Source of the DNA: Sphingomonadaceae bacterium
GTDB taxonomy: Bacteria; Pseudomonadota; Alphaproteobacteria; Sphingomonadales; Sphingomonadaceae
DNA: 64,000 bases
Assembly: GCA_020850455.1 (NCBI GenBank)
Contig: JADZEQ010000005.1
Span: 96,873 to 160,872, forward strand
Direction of reading: 5' to 3'
Numbering within the stretch: position 1 is the stretch's first letter; each line of letters begins with the position of its first letter. This document shows positions 27,420 to 36,761 of the stretch, piece after piece. A program made the position numbers and the translations under genes. Under the pieces are notes generated by a model. That model ran no database searches. It had not been told where the DNA came from and worked only from the letters and a program-made list of their open reading frames with translations.

Positions 27420-28427
27420 ATGAAATTGGCGAGTTTGAAGTCGGGCCGCGATGGCCATTTGGTCGTCGTGTCGGACGATTTGGCCTATTATGCCGATGCG
27501 GCGGCGATTGCGCCGAACCTGCAGGCCGCGCTCGACGATTGGGATAATCTTGCCCCGCGCCTCATCGCGCTGGCGAGCGACCTCAACCATGGTGCCATCC
27601 CGCGCGAACGATTCCACGAACATGATTGTGCGGCGCCGCTGCCGCGTGCCTACCAATGGGCGGATGGCAGCGCCTATGTGAACCATGTCGCGTTGGTGCG
27701 CCAGGCGCGCGGGGCCGAAATGCCCGACAGTTTCTGGCACGACCCCTTGATGTATCAGGGGGGTAGCGACGGATTTTTGGGGCCGCGCGATGGCATCCCC
27801 TTGGCGGACAATGGCTGGGGCTGCGACATGGAAGCCGAAGTGGTGGTTGTCACCGGCGATGTGCCGATGGGGGTCAGCGCGCAGGATGCGCGCAGCTATA
27901 TCCGGCTTGTCGGCCTCACCAATGATGTGTCGCTGCGGGGGCTGATTCCCGGCGAACTGGCCAAGGGGTTCGGGTTTTTCCAGTCCAAACCGGCGAGCGC
28001 ATTTTCCCCCGTATTTGTCACCCCCGATGCGCTCGGTGCGCGTTGGGACGGCGGCAAATTGCACGGTGCGCTGTGCGTCGATTTGAACGGTGCGCCGCTT
28101 GGCCGTGCGGATGCCGGGGTCGATATGACCTTTGATTTTGGCGAGCTCATCGCCCACGCGGCCAAGACGCGCAACTTGGGCGCGGGCACCATCATCGGTT
28201 CGGGCACCGTGTCCAATCGGGATGCGGATGGCGGGCCGGGCAAGCCGGTGGCGGATGGTGGCCTGGGCTACAGCTGCCTAGCCGAGGTGCGGACGATTGA
28301 AACCATATTGCATGGCAAGCCGACGACACCCTTTATGGTAGCAGGCGATGTGGTGCGCATCTGGATGGATGATGACCGGCACCACAGCATCTTTGGTGCC
28401 ATCGAACAGCAAGTGGCGGCGGCCTGA
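27420..28427 (+). CDS. Fumarylacetoacetate hydrolase (FAH) family protein
   Basis: MKLASLKSGRDGHLVVVSDDL... and C-terminal GTIIGSGTVSN. GGAGGA lies upstream of ATG 27420 (ORF track 27387). Confidence 0.8.
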   Translation: MKLASLKSGRDGHLVVVSDDLAYYADAAAIAPNLQAALDDWDNLAPRLIALASDLNHGAIPRERFHEHDCAAPLPRAYQWADGSAYVNHVALVRQARGAEMPDSFWHDPLMYQGGSDGFLGPRDGIPLADNGWGCDMEAEVVVVTGDVPMGVSAQDARSYIRLVGLTNDVSLRGLIPGELAKGFGFFQSKPASAFSPVFVTPDALGARWDGGKLHGALCVDLNGAPLGRADAGVDMTFDFGELIAHAAKTRNLGAGTIIGSGTVSNRDADGGPGKPVADGGLGYSCLAEVRTIETILHGKPTTPFMVAGDVVRIWMDDDRHHSIFGAIEQQVAAA

Positions 28428-28431
28428 ACCG

Positions 28432-28462
28432 GGTGCCCCCACCCATTGGGCGGGGGCGCACC
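28432..28462. terminator. GC-rich hairpin between convergent FAH-family and tadC genes (candidate bidirectional intrinsic terminator)
   Basis: GGTGCCCCCACCC-ATTG-GGCGGGGGCGCACC, an imperfect stem with a tetraloop. It is followed on the plus strand by TTATTT and abuts the tadC stop codon (28463-28465). Confidence 0.4.
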
Positions 28463-29464
28463 TTATTTCACCATCGCATCCTTGATGTCGCAAGCTGCGG
28501 GGCCGAGGATGACGATGAACAGCACCGGCAATATGAACAGGATGAGCGGCACGGTCATGATCGCGGGCAGGCGTGCGGCCTTTTCCTCCGCACGCATCAT
28601 CCGCTCGTTACGGAATTCGGCGGACAGCACACGCAGTGCGGAGGCGAGCGGCGTACCATATTTTTCGGTCTGGATCAGCGTCGTGACCACCCCGCGCACC
28701 GAATCCAGATCCACGCGATAGGCGAGGTTTTCGAGCGCCATGCGCCGTTCGGTCAAAAAGGATAGCTCGATCGATGTCAGCGCAAATTCTTCGCCCAAAT
28801 CGGGATAGGCCTTGCCCAATTCCTTGGCCACGCGGGCAAAGGCCGCATCGACGGTCAACCCGGCCTCGGCGCAAATGACGAGCAGGTCGAGTGCATCGGG
28901 CAACCCCTTGCGGATGGCGTCGGTGCGTTTGGCCTTGCGGTTGTTGATGAACAGATCGGGCGCCTTATAGGCGAGGATGAGCGGCACCGCGAAACCGCCA
29001 AATTTCTTGAGCGGTGTCCAATCGGGCACAATATCAACGACATAGATCATTGCCGCAGCGGTGAGGCCAATGACGATCGGCAACACCATGCGCGCGAAAA
29101 TAATGCTGACCGCCAGATCCTTGGAACGGATGCCCGCCTGTGCCAGCCGTTGCTGCACATCGCGCAATTGTTCATCCTGCAAGACTTTGAGCGAGGACAA
29201 AAGGCTGCGCATGCGGTTGGTGGTGACATTTTTTTTCACCAATTTGGCACGGCGTTTGCCACTCGACGCGGTAATCCCCGCCTTTAATTGTTCGCGCCGT
29301 TCGTTCAGTGATTTGACCCGCTTGACCATCGGGTCGCGCACCGTGGCGGCATTGTAGATGGCAAAGAGCACGGCGGCGACGCCTATCGCGGCCAGCATGG
29401 TCGCCGCCCAGACGACGTCGATGCCCAGAAAGGTGGCGGGGGGGGTGACAGGTGCGACGGACAT
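28463..29464 (-). CDS. tadC: Tad/Cpa pilus inner-membrane platform protein TadC (T2SS F family)
   Basis: 333 aa. T2SSF-type core LPDALDLLVICAEAGLTVDAAFARVAKEL...ALENLAYRV with flanking TM helices. Confidence 0.85.
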   Translation of the reverse strand: MSVAPVTPPATFLGIDVVWAATMLAAIGVAAVLFAIYNAATVRDPMVKRVKSLNERREQLKAGITASSGKRRAKLVKKNVTTNRMRSLLSSLKVLQDEQLRDVQQRLAQAGIRSKDLAVSIIFARMVLPIVIGLTAAAMIYVVDIVPDWTPLKKFGGFAVPLILAYKAPDLFINNRKAKRTDAIRKGLPDALDLLVICAEAGLTVDAAFARVAKELGKAYPDLGEEFALTSIELSFLTERRMALENLAYRVDLDSVRGVVTTLIQTEKYGTPLASALRVLSAEFRNERMMRAEEKAARLPAIMTVPLILFILPVLFIVILGPAACDIKDAMVK

Positions 29465-29482
29465 GATGCTTTCCTCCCTCCC

Positions 29483-30472
29483 TTAAATTTCGAAATTGAC
29501 CATTTTGGCCATGATGCCGACACCCATGCTCATCCAGACCAACCCGCCGATGCCGGTGTACATGACGCGCGGGTCATATAATTCCCCCGACCAGGGGAAG
29601 AATGCGGCGAGGTAATCGGGGTTCATCACATAAACCAACGCAAAGACGAGGAAGGGCAAAGCCCCGACGATCCATGCCGAAGCCTTTGCTTCGGAGGACA
29701 TCGCCTTGATCTTGAGTTTCATCTGCGCGCGTTTGCGCAACACTTCGGACAGGTTGGCGAGCGTTTCGGCCAAATTGCCCCCCGTTTCGCGCTGGATGGC
29801 GAGTGTGATGCAGAAAAATTGAAACTCGGGCGTGCCCAGCGCATCGGCGCTTTCCTGTAGCGCCGCCTCCATCGATTTACCGATACGGATACGTTCGATA
29901 ACTTGTTTGAATTCGACGCCGACGGGCCCGGGAATTTCGGTGCTGACCGCATTCAGTGTTTCCGCGATCGGCAGGCCCGAACGCAGGCCGCGCACCAAAA
30001 GGTCGATGGCGTCGGGGAAGCGCGCGGTGAAATTGCTGACCCGCTTGGTGATCAGCTTGCCGACCACCATATGCGGAATGCCAAGACCGACGCCGACCGC
30101 CAATAATATGGAAAACAATATTGGCGCGCCCTGGACGAGCATCGCCAGGAATATGAAGGTGGCGATGCCGATGCAGACCCACAAATAACGACCCAGCGTC
30201 CATTTCTTGCCGGTGCGCCGCAGGCGTTGCGCCATGCGTTCGGGGTTGGGCAACATGCGGCCCAGGCCCAGTTCCTGACTGGGCAAACGCGCGGCGATGG
30301 TGCGGCGCATCTGCGCGGCGAGCGCGGCTTCGTTGGATGGCACGATGCGGTCGCGCATCGCGGTCATCCGCCGCTTGATCGCCTTTTCGGGGTTGGGGCC
30401 GCCAAAGAGGAACAGCAATAGCGCGACCACGACGACAAAGGCGCCGGCGATCATAAAGAAATTGCTGTCCAT
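29483..30472 (-). CDS. tadB: Tad/Cpa pilus inner-membrane platform protein TadB
   Basis: 329 aa. FPDAIDLLVRGLRSGLPIAETLNAVSTEIPGPVGVEFKQVIERIRIG...FFCITLAIQRETGGNLAETL. Confidence 0.85.
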   Translation of the reverse strand: MDSNFFMIAGAFVVVVALLLFLFGGPNPEKAIKRRMTAMRDRIVPSNEAALAAQMRRTIAARLPSQELGLGRMLPNPERMAQRLRRTGKKWTLGRYLWVCIGIATFIFLAMLVQGAPILFSILLAVGVGLGIPHMVVGKLITKRVSNFTARFPDAIDLLVRGLRSGLPIAETLNAVSTEIPGPVGVEFKQVIERIRIGKSMEAALQESADALGTPEFQFFCITLAIQRETGGNLAETLANLSEVLRKRAQMKLKIKAMSSEAKASAWIVGALPFLVFALVYVMNPDYLAAFFPWSGELYDPRVMYTGIGGLVWMSMGVGIMAKMVNFEI

Positions 30473-30548
30473 GAACCTTAACTCTTTTCGCTATGGCAGA
30501 ACCGATGGGAATGTGGGGCGGCGCTATATATTGTCCGCCGCACCCCAA

Positions 30549-31826
30549 TCACCCCTTGGCCTTGCCCTTCATCAACCCCGAAACGCTCAGCTTGCTCAGC
30601 AGGCTTTGCTTTTTGGCATCCTTGGCATCGGCGACATTGTCCCCATCAGGGGCTTCGTCCCCGGCGCTGAGGATCATCGTTGCCAATTTGCCGATGCTGG
30701 TGCCCAGCCGCGTGCCGCGCGTCGTTTCGGCGAGGCTTTGGCCCAGTTTCGCCGCTTTGACCGCCAATTTGGCGTCGAGTGGCAGCACAAGGTCAATTTC
30801 GCGTTCGATGCTGGTTTCAAAATCCTTGCGGCTGACCTCTGTACCGGTCGGCGCGACCTTGTTGGCGACCAGAAACACGCGTGCATCGGGGCAGGCGGTC
30901 TTGAACGCCGACAGCAGGCGAATGGCATCGCGCGCACCGGCCAGCGTCAATTCGGTAACCAGCACAACTGCATTCAGATCATTGAGCAGGTGCGGATAGC
31001 TGATCATCATTGCGCGCGGCAGGTCGATCACCGTCGATTCAAAGGCGGCCTTTATCTCCTCCCGCAAGTGGAAGAAGGTGCCGCCATCGCTCATCAACGG
31101 TTGGTTGATGGGCGCTTCGGCCGACAGGATGGCCAGATTGTCATTGGCGCGCACCAGCGCACGTTCAATGAACAGCCCATCGATGCGTGACGGGTTGTCG
31201 ATCGCGTCGATCAGCCCGCGCCCCGGTTCGAGATCGAGTGTCAGCGCGCCGGTGCCGAAATGGACGTCGAGGTCGAGCAGCGCGGTGCGCCGTTTGCCCT
31301 GTTGCCCAAACAACCATGCGAGCGATGTGGCGATGGTCGATGCGCCGACCCCGCCGCGCGTCCCGACTACGGCGGTTACCGTGTGGCGGACATGGTCGAC
31401 CGCTTCGGTCATGCGCGGGGCGTTGAGCATCGCCTGCGCGTTCATGAAAACGTCGCGCACCTGTTCTGCAAAAATCGGTTTCAGCAGATAATCGTGGATG
31501 CCGCTCGACACCAAGTCGCGAAACAGGCGAACATCATTGACCTGGCCGATGGCAATCACCACCGTGCCGGGTTCGCAAACCTCTGCCAAACCGTTGATAT
31601 CGTTGATAGGGTCGCTCGATTCCGACAGGTCGACAAGCAGGATCGACGGGCTGGCGGTGATGGACAGCGACTGGACGGCATTGCGCAGCCCACCCTTGTG
31701 CACCTTGGCAACATCCCAACCCATGTCGTTGACGACGGGCTTGATCTGTTCGACCGTATCATCGTCGCACAAATAGGCTGCAAAGCTTTCGCGGGTCTGT
31801 TGCCCGCCACGGAAAGGCGCGTTCAC
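30549..31826 (-). CDS. cpaE: CpaE/TadZ pilus-assembly protein (receiver-like N-domain + ParA/MinD-like domain with deviant Walker A)
   Basis: 425 aa. VTAVVGTRGGVGASTIATSLAW, which is not the GxxGxGKT motif of a secretion ATPase. N-terminal receiver-like fold (ILLVDLSES...HDYLLKP). Lys-rich tail. Confidence 0.8.
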   Translation of the reverse strand: MNAPFRGGQQTRESFAAYLCDDDTVEQIKPVVNDMGWDVAKVHKGGLRNAVQSLSITASPSILLVDLSESSDPINDINGLAEVCEPGTVVIAIGQVNDVRLFRDLVSSGIHDYLLKPIFAEQVRDVFMNAQAMLNAPRMTEAVDHVRHTVTAVVGTRGGVGASTIATSLAWLFGQQGKRRTALLDLDVHFGTGALTLDLEPGRGLIDAIDNPSRIDGLFIERALVRANDNLAILSAEAPINQPLMSDGGTFFHLREEIKAAFESTVIDLPRAMMISYPHLLNDLNAVVLVTELTLAGARDAIRLLSAFKTACPDARVFLVANKVAPTGTEVSRKDFETSIEREIDLVLPLDAKLAVKAAKLGQSLAETTRGTRLGTSIGKLATMILSAGDEAPDGDNVADAKDAKKQSLLSKLSVSGLMKGKAKG

Positions 31827-32509
31827 TGGCCACCTCCTGAACTACCACCACCTGCGCCGCCGGACCCTCCGCCCGCCGCGCTGCTGGCATTGCTAAGTCC
31901 GCCCGCACCCGTCGGGGTGGCGGCGCGATAGGCTTCGATCGCGCGGCTGGCTGTCGCGGGATCATTGCTGGTGGCGCTTTGCCCAGCGATAAGATCATTG
32001 GGGTTGGCGACCATCGCAGCCAAATTGCTGTTGGTGGCGCAACCATAGTTGGATGTGGTGATCGAGCGATGTTCGGTGGCGCTGCGCGTTCCCCAATCGG
32101 GGCAGCCCGGCACCCGCGCCGATGCGCGCGAAATGACGATGCGGATATTGCCCGGCGCAATCACCCCTTCGGTTAGCGGCGCATGTTCGGCGAGCAATAA
32201 TCCCTTGCGGGCGAGCATCATGGCGACCGTATCACGCGCCCCGCGCACCGACGATGCAGCGGATGCGTCAATGGCGATCTGGTCGCCATAGCGCACCTCC
32301 ATCGCGTCGAGCCAATCGGAAACGCGGCGCGCCTCGCTGGGCGACAAAATGCCGTTCGATGCGTCGGCATCCAGAGCATAGTTGGAAATGCGAACCACCG
32401 GTTGGTGCACCGATTCAAGGCTGCGGTTCACCTCCCCCGTGTTCATGCAGGCACCCAGCGCCAGCGCGCCGGCCAAGGTGGCGATTGTTGCTAATTTGCG
32501 CATTTTCAT
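31823..32509 (-). CDS. cpaD: CpaD-like pilus biogenesis lipoprotein
   Basis: Lipobox ALALGAC. PGCPDWG...SNYGCATNSNLAAMVANPNDL. Gly/Ser-rich tail. Confidence 0.7.
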   Translation of the reverse strand: MKMRKLATIATLAGALALGACMNTGEVNRSLESVHQPVVRISNYALDADASNGILSPSEARRVSDWLDAMEVRYGDQIAIDASAASSVRGARDTVAMMLARKGLLLAEHAPLTEGVIAPGNIRIVISRASARVPGCPDWGTRSATEHRSITTSNYGCATNSNLAAMVANPNDLIAGQSATSNDPATASRAIEAYRAATPTGAGGLSNASSAAGGGSGGAGGGSSGGGQ

Positions 32510-32530
32510 GGGCCTTTCCTAGCCTGCGGT

Positions 32531-34165
32531 TCAATTGTTGGGACCAAAGCCGGGGGCGGCTTCGGCCTGTTCATTGCGCGCGCTGTTGCGGCGCGGACGA
32601 TCAGCAGCGACGGCAGCTGCCGGCGGCGCGACCATGGCGCTTGGCCCGGGGGCCGGCGCATCGCTCGGCGGGCCGGCGGGCGCATTCTCGAGGCTCGGCA
32701 TCGGGCGGCGCGCGCCCGATTCGCCATCGGCGATGCCGTTGGTCATCAATCGCTGCAAATCGGTCGGTGAGCGAAAACCATCGGTCGGCAGCACAATCTG
32801 ATCTGCCGAAACCGGCCGCACCAAATATGGCGTGATGACAATGACCAATTCGGTGTCGCCGCGACGGAAATCGTCGGATTTGAACAAAGTGCCCAAAATC
32901 GGCAGATCGGACAGGCCCGGTGTCCCCTCAATCGACCCGGCTGAACGATTGCTCATCAAGCCGGCGATCATAAAGCTTTCACCCGACCCCAGTTCGACCG
33001 TGGTTTCGGTGCGCCGGACGCTGAGCGCCGGGATGTTGAAACCATTGATCGAAATCGCCCCTTCGGTCGTCAGTTCGGACACTTCGGGGCGCACGCGCAG
33101 CGAAATGCGGCCGTTTGACAAAACCGTTGGCGTATAGGCCAGGCTGACACCATAGCGGCGATACTGGATGGTGATCGTGCCCGACTGCGGATCGGGAACG
33201 GGGATGGGATATTCACCGCCCGCCAAGAAGTCGGCGGTTTCGCCCGATACGGCGGTCAGATTGGGCTGGGCGAGCGTCGATACCATGCCGGTGCGTTCGC
33301 CAAGGTCCAGCGCGCCCAGCACATCGACACCGAACAGGCGGCCAATGCCTGCCAAGGTCGTGGCATTGGCCAGCGGGTTGACGGTGAAGTTGAGCGGCAC
33401 ATCCGCCGGATTGGTCACCGTCGCCCCGGTATAGGGGTTGTAAAATTGCTGGGTGCCATCCGGCAGGGTGCGGGTCGGCAATGTTTGCGGGGTAATTGTG
33501 CCCACGCCACGGCCACGGAATGCACCGAATTGAAAACCCGACGTCGGGTCACGGCTGACCAGATTGCCGCCCATCTGGCGCACCAGCGAACGGTTCACCT
33601 CTGCAATGCGGACCTGCAGATTGACCTGCAGCGGGGTTGCGGTTTGCAGACGCGAAATGACGCGCGTCCCTTCGCCGACAAAGGCGGTGACCAGCCGGTC
33701 AGCCTCTGCCGCGTCTTCGGGTGCGGCGACGGTGCCGGTCAACAGGACAAAGCCATTCATCGTCGTTGCGGTGATATGCGCTTCGGGCATGGCGAGGGCC
33801 AGCATCTGATCGATGGTTTCGATATTATTGCCAACCCGGGCCACCGCCGAATAAACAACCCGGCCTGCGCCGCTGGTTGCATAAACGCTGGTTTCGCCCG
33901 GTGCCTTGCCGAAGACATAAATCTGGGTGGCGGAACGCACCTGAACATCGGCCACTTCCTGATTGGCGACAAAAACATCGCTGACAGGGGCGGGCAGGTT
34001 GATCAGGCGGCCACGACCGACCGACAGGTTCAGTTCGCTATTTTCCACCTGTTCGCCCGGCGTCGCATAGAGCACGGCGGGGGTGGCCACGCAGGCGCTG
34101 AGCGCGATAGCCATGGCGATGCGACCGGCGTGCATGCGGCTGCGGTTCTTTTTCTGGGCGTGCAT
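32531..34165 (-). CDS. cpaC: CpaC/RcpA outer-membrane secretin
   Basis: 544 aa. Secretin C-domain LAQPNLTAVSGETADFLAGGEYPIPV...ELGSGESFMIAGLM...PGLSDLPILGTLFKS. Confidence 0.85.
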   Translation of the reverse strand: MHAQKKNRSRMHAGRIAMAIALSACVATPAVLYATPGEQVENSELNLSVGRGRLINLPAPVSDVFVANQEVADVQVRSATQIYVFGKAPGETSVYATSGAGRVVYSAVARVGNNIETIDQMLALAMPEAHITATTMNGFVLLTGTVAAPEDAAEADRLVTAFVGEGTRVISRLQTATPLQVNLQVRIAEVNRSLVRQMGGNLVSRDPTSGFQFGAFRGRGVGTITPQTLPTRTLPDGTQQFYNPYTGATVTNPADVPLNFTVNPLANATTLAGIGRLFGVDVLGALDLGERTGMVSTLAQPNLTAVSGETADFLAGGEYPIPVPDPQSGTITIQYRRYGVSLAYTPTVLSNGRISLRVRPEVSELTTEGAISINGFNIPALSVRRTETTVELGSGESFMIAGLMSNRSAGSIEGTPGLSDLPILGTLFKSDDFRRGDTELVIVITPYLVRPVSADQIVLPTDGFRSPTDLQRLMTNGIADGESGARRPMPSLENAPAGPPSDAPAPGPSAMVAPPAAAVAADRPRRNSARNEQAEAAPGFGPNN

Positions 34166-34169
34166 CTTC

Positions 34170-35198
34170 TTACCTCCCGACCGGGACGATGGTGACCTGA
34201 TCGCCGCGCGTCACGCGCACGACCGGGCCTTGGGGAACAGCAGGGGCGAGAGCGGGCGCGCCATTGCCAGGGTTGTTTTCGCCGCCCGCCATCGGGGCAG
34301 TGGGGGCGCGGACACCCGAAAAGCCACGGCGCAGATAACGGGAGACATCACCGCCGGTGGTTGCCCCACCACGCGCCATCGACGGGCGCGACGACATGCC
34401 GCGCATCATGCGCTGTTCGGCGGTGCTGTCACCGTCCCGCGGAACCGAGACGGTACCATCGGCGATCGATGCTTCGAGCTCACCCGCGCTATCGGCGATG
34501 GACCGCAGCGCGAGGCTGATGGTGCCGGTGGTGCGGGCAACCGCCACCGCTTCGGCGATTTGCGGCGTCACTTCGAGGGTGACGGTCGCATAAACCTGCG
34601 GCGTGGATTCGGTGCTGCTGGGGTCGGGCGCGCTGCGCTGGTCGACCGCCAAGACGCGCAGGTTGCGCACGATGGTTTCGGATGTGTGCAGCTTGGCCGA
34701 TGTGTTTTGTTCATCCTCCAGATCGAGGGTGAGGAGGACATCGACACGGTCACCCGGAAAGACGAAACCGGCAACCCCCTGGTCCGGCGACAAGGGCACG
34801 GTCACCGCGCGCATGCCGGGGCCAAGCGCGGCGGCGAGGAAGCCACGATCGCGCGGGTTGACCAGACTGCCCTTGGTAACCGGCGCACCTGCGGTCACCG
34901 CGATACGCACGACCGACCCGACCAGCGACTGGACGTTGGAGCCTTCTTCCAGATAATATTGGTCGGGTTTGACCAGACCTTCGGGCCATGGCTGATAACG
35001 CAGCGCATCGGCGGTCAAAATCGTGCCAACCGGCAGGGCGCGTGTGGCGACCAACACCTTGGGCCCGTTGATTTCCGGCGCTGCGGCGGCGCGCGCCTGC
35101 GGCGTCGTGCTGTCGCGCATCAACATATTGACGCCAAAAGCGGCGCCCAGGGCGACGATCATCGCAACGACGATCAGGGCAATCTTCCTTACATCCAT
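34170..35198 (-). CDS. cpaB: CpaB Flp pilus assembly protein (SAF domain)
   Basis: 342 aa. N-terminal TM helix IALIVVAMIVALGAAFGV. VLVATRALPVGTILTADAL...MRAVTVPL...GFVFPGDRVDVLLT. Confidence 0.85.
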   Translation of the reverse strand: MDVRKIALIVVAMIVALGAAFGVNMLMRDSTTPQARAAAAPEINGPKVLVATRALPVGTILTADALRYQPWPEGLVKPDQYYLEEGSNVQSLVGSVVRIAVTAGAPVTKGSLVNPRDRGFLAAALGPGMRAVTVPLSPDQGVAGFVFPGDRVDVLLTLDLEDEQNTSAKLHTSETIVRNLRVLAVDQRSAPDPSSTESTPQVYATVTLEVTPQIAEAVAVARTTGTISLALRSIADSAGELEASIADGTVSVPRDGDSTAEQRMMRGMSSRPSMARGGATTGGDVSRYLRRGFSGVRAPTAPMAGGENNPGNGAPALAPAVPQGPVVRVTRGDQVTIVPVGR

Positions 35199-35242
35199 GA
35201 CGGCTCTGCCTCCTCGACCACCAAAATGGGTCGACCTTCCAT

Positions 35243-35725
35243 TCAGTTGACGGGATTAAGCGGAAAATGGTTAACAAACTGTTGGTAGATGACCCAAAAG
35301 CCCGCCGCCGATATGGCAACGCCATAGGGCAGCTCCGGTTTTTCGGGGCCGCGCCCCATCCGGCGGCGCAATATCATCACCGCTGCGATGCCGCCGCCAA
35401 CCAGTGCCATCAGCAATAAAAAGGGCAGGATCAGCGACGGGCGGATCCACAGCGCCATCGCGCCGAGCATTTTGACATCGCCCCCGCCGATGCCGCCGAC
35501 AAAGAATAGCAGGGCAAAGGGAAGAAAAATGGCGAAGGCGAGGGCGATTTGCCAGCCGATTTGGGCGGCATCCAGTTGCAGGATATACCAAGCTACGGGC
35601 GCACAAAGCGCAATCAAGCCATTCAAATAATTTGGAATTTCGCGGCGACGCAAATCACCCCATGCAGCATAAAGCAACAGCAAGCCGATAAGGCTGGCAA
35701 GCAAAGCGGGTGCGGCCGACATCAA
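35243..35725 (-). CDS. cpaA: Prepilin peptidase CpaA (A24 family)
   Basis: 160 aa polytopic protein. Asp motifs RRREIPNYL and GGIGGGDVKMLGAM. Confidence 0.8.
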   Translation of the reverse strand: MMSAAPALLASLIGLLLLYAAWGDLRRREIPNYLNGLIALCAPVAWYILQLDAAQIGWQIALAFAIFLPFALLFFVGGIGGGDVKMLGAMALWIRPSLILPFLLLMALVGGGIAAVMILRRRMGRGPEKPELPYGVAISAAGFWVIYQQFVNHFPLNPVN

Positions 35726-35786
35726 ATCCCCCTGAAATGTTGGAAATCCCTAGACGAACAAGGTTGCCAAACCGTAACCATGACCC

Positions 35787-36755
35787 ATGCCGCCCAAAGA
35801 CTCCGTGACCGCCCCGACCCTGCTCGACCCGCAGGCGTGCCGCCGCGCCTTTCCCGATGGCAGCGTGATTGGCAGTTGGTCGGCGCGCGACGGCTGGCCA
35901 TTGCGGACATTGCGCTTTCCGCTGCCCGCAGCGGCGCGTGGCTCCATCCTCTTCATGGGGGGGCGCGGCGACCATTTTGAAAAATATCTCGAAAGCTTTG
36001 CGCAATGGACCAATGCGGGCTGGTGCGTCGAAAGTTTCGACTGGCGCGGGCAGGGTGGTTCGGGGCGGATGGGCAGCGACCCGGTGGTCGGCCATGCCGA
36101 TGATTTTCGTGTCTGGATCGACGACCTCGACCAATATTTTACTGCATGGCGTGCGCGCACCCCTGCGCCGCATTTCCTGATCGGCCATTCGATGGGCGGG
36201 CATTTATTGCTGCGTGCGCTCGCCGATGGGGCGATTGTACCCGATGGCGCGGTGCTGAGCGCGCCGATGCTGGGCTTTACCGCGCCCTACCCCGACCGTC
36301 TGGGCTTTTGGATTGCGCAATTGATGGTGCGCTTGACCGAGCCGGACCGCCGCGCCTGGAAATTGAGCGAAAAGCCCGGCTCGCCCCCCGCAGCGCGGCA
36401 GGGGCTGCTGACGCATGATGCCGCGCGTTATGCCGATGAACAATATTGGCGCACCGCGCACCCCGACATCGCCATCGGGCCGGCGAGTTGGCAGTGGGTG
36501 GCGGCTGCCTATGCCAGCTTCCTCCATTTGGCGAAATCAGGCGGGGTGGATCGCATCGCCTGTCCGGTGCTGGGGCTGGTTGCCGGGGCCGACCTGTTGG
36601 TGTCGGCGCGGCGTGCCCGCGCGTTACTCGCGCGCTTGCCGCACGGGCAAATCCATGTCTATGGGCGCGAGGCAGCGCATGAATTATTGCGCGAGGCGGA
36701 TGGCGTGCGTGATGATGTCATGGCGCGCATTGCGACATTTATGACAGGGGGTTAG
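35787..36755 (+). CDS. Alpha/beta hydrolase (lysophospholipase-like)
   Basis: ILFMGGRGDHFEKYLE..., nucleophile elbow FLIGHSMGGHLL. Confidence 0.65.
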   Translation: MPPKDSVTAPTLLDPQACRRAFPDGSVIGSWSARDGWPLRTLRFPLPAAARGSILFMGGRGDHFEKYLESFAQWTNAGWCVESFDWRGQGGSGRMGSDPVVGHADDFRVWIDDLDQYFTAWRARTPAPHFLIGHSMGGHLLLRALADGAIVPDGAVLSAPMLGFTAPYPDRLGFWIAQLMVRLTEPDRRAWKLSEKPGSPPAARQGLLTHDAARYADEQYWRTAHPDIAIGPASWQWVAAAYASFLHLAKSGGVDRIACPVLGLVAGADLLVSARRARALLARLPHGQIHVYGREAAHELLREADGVRDDVMARIATFMTGG

Positions 36756-36761
36756 CGGGGC

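Noticed and set aside
35726-35786. CtrA-box-like TTGC-N7-TAAC upstream of cpaA
   Set aside because: It matches only part of the TTAA-N7-TTAAC consensus (both half-sites are imperfect). That is too weak to call.
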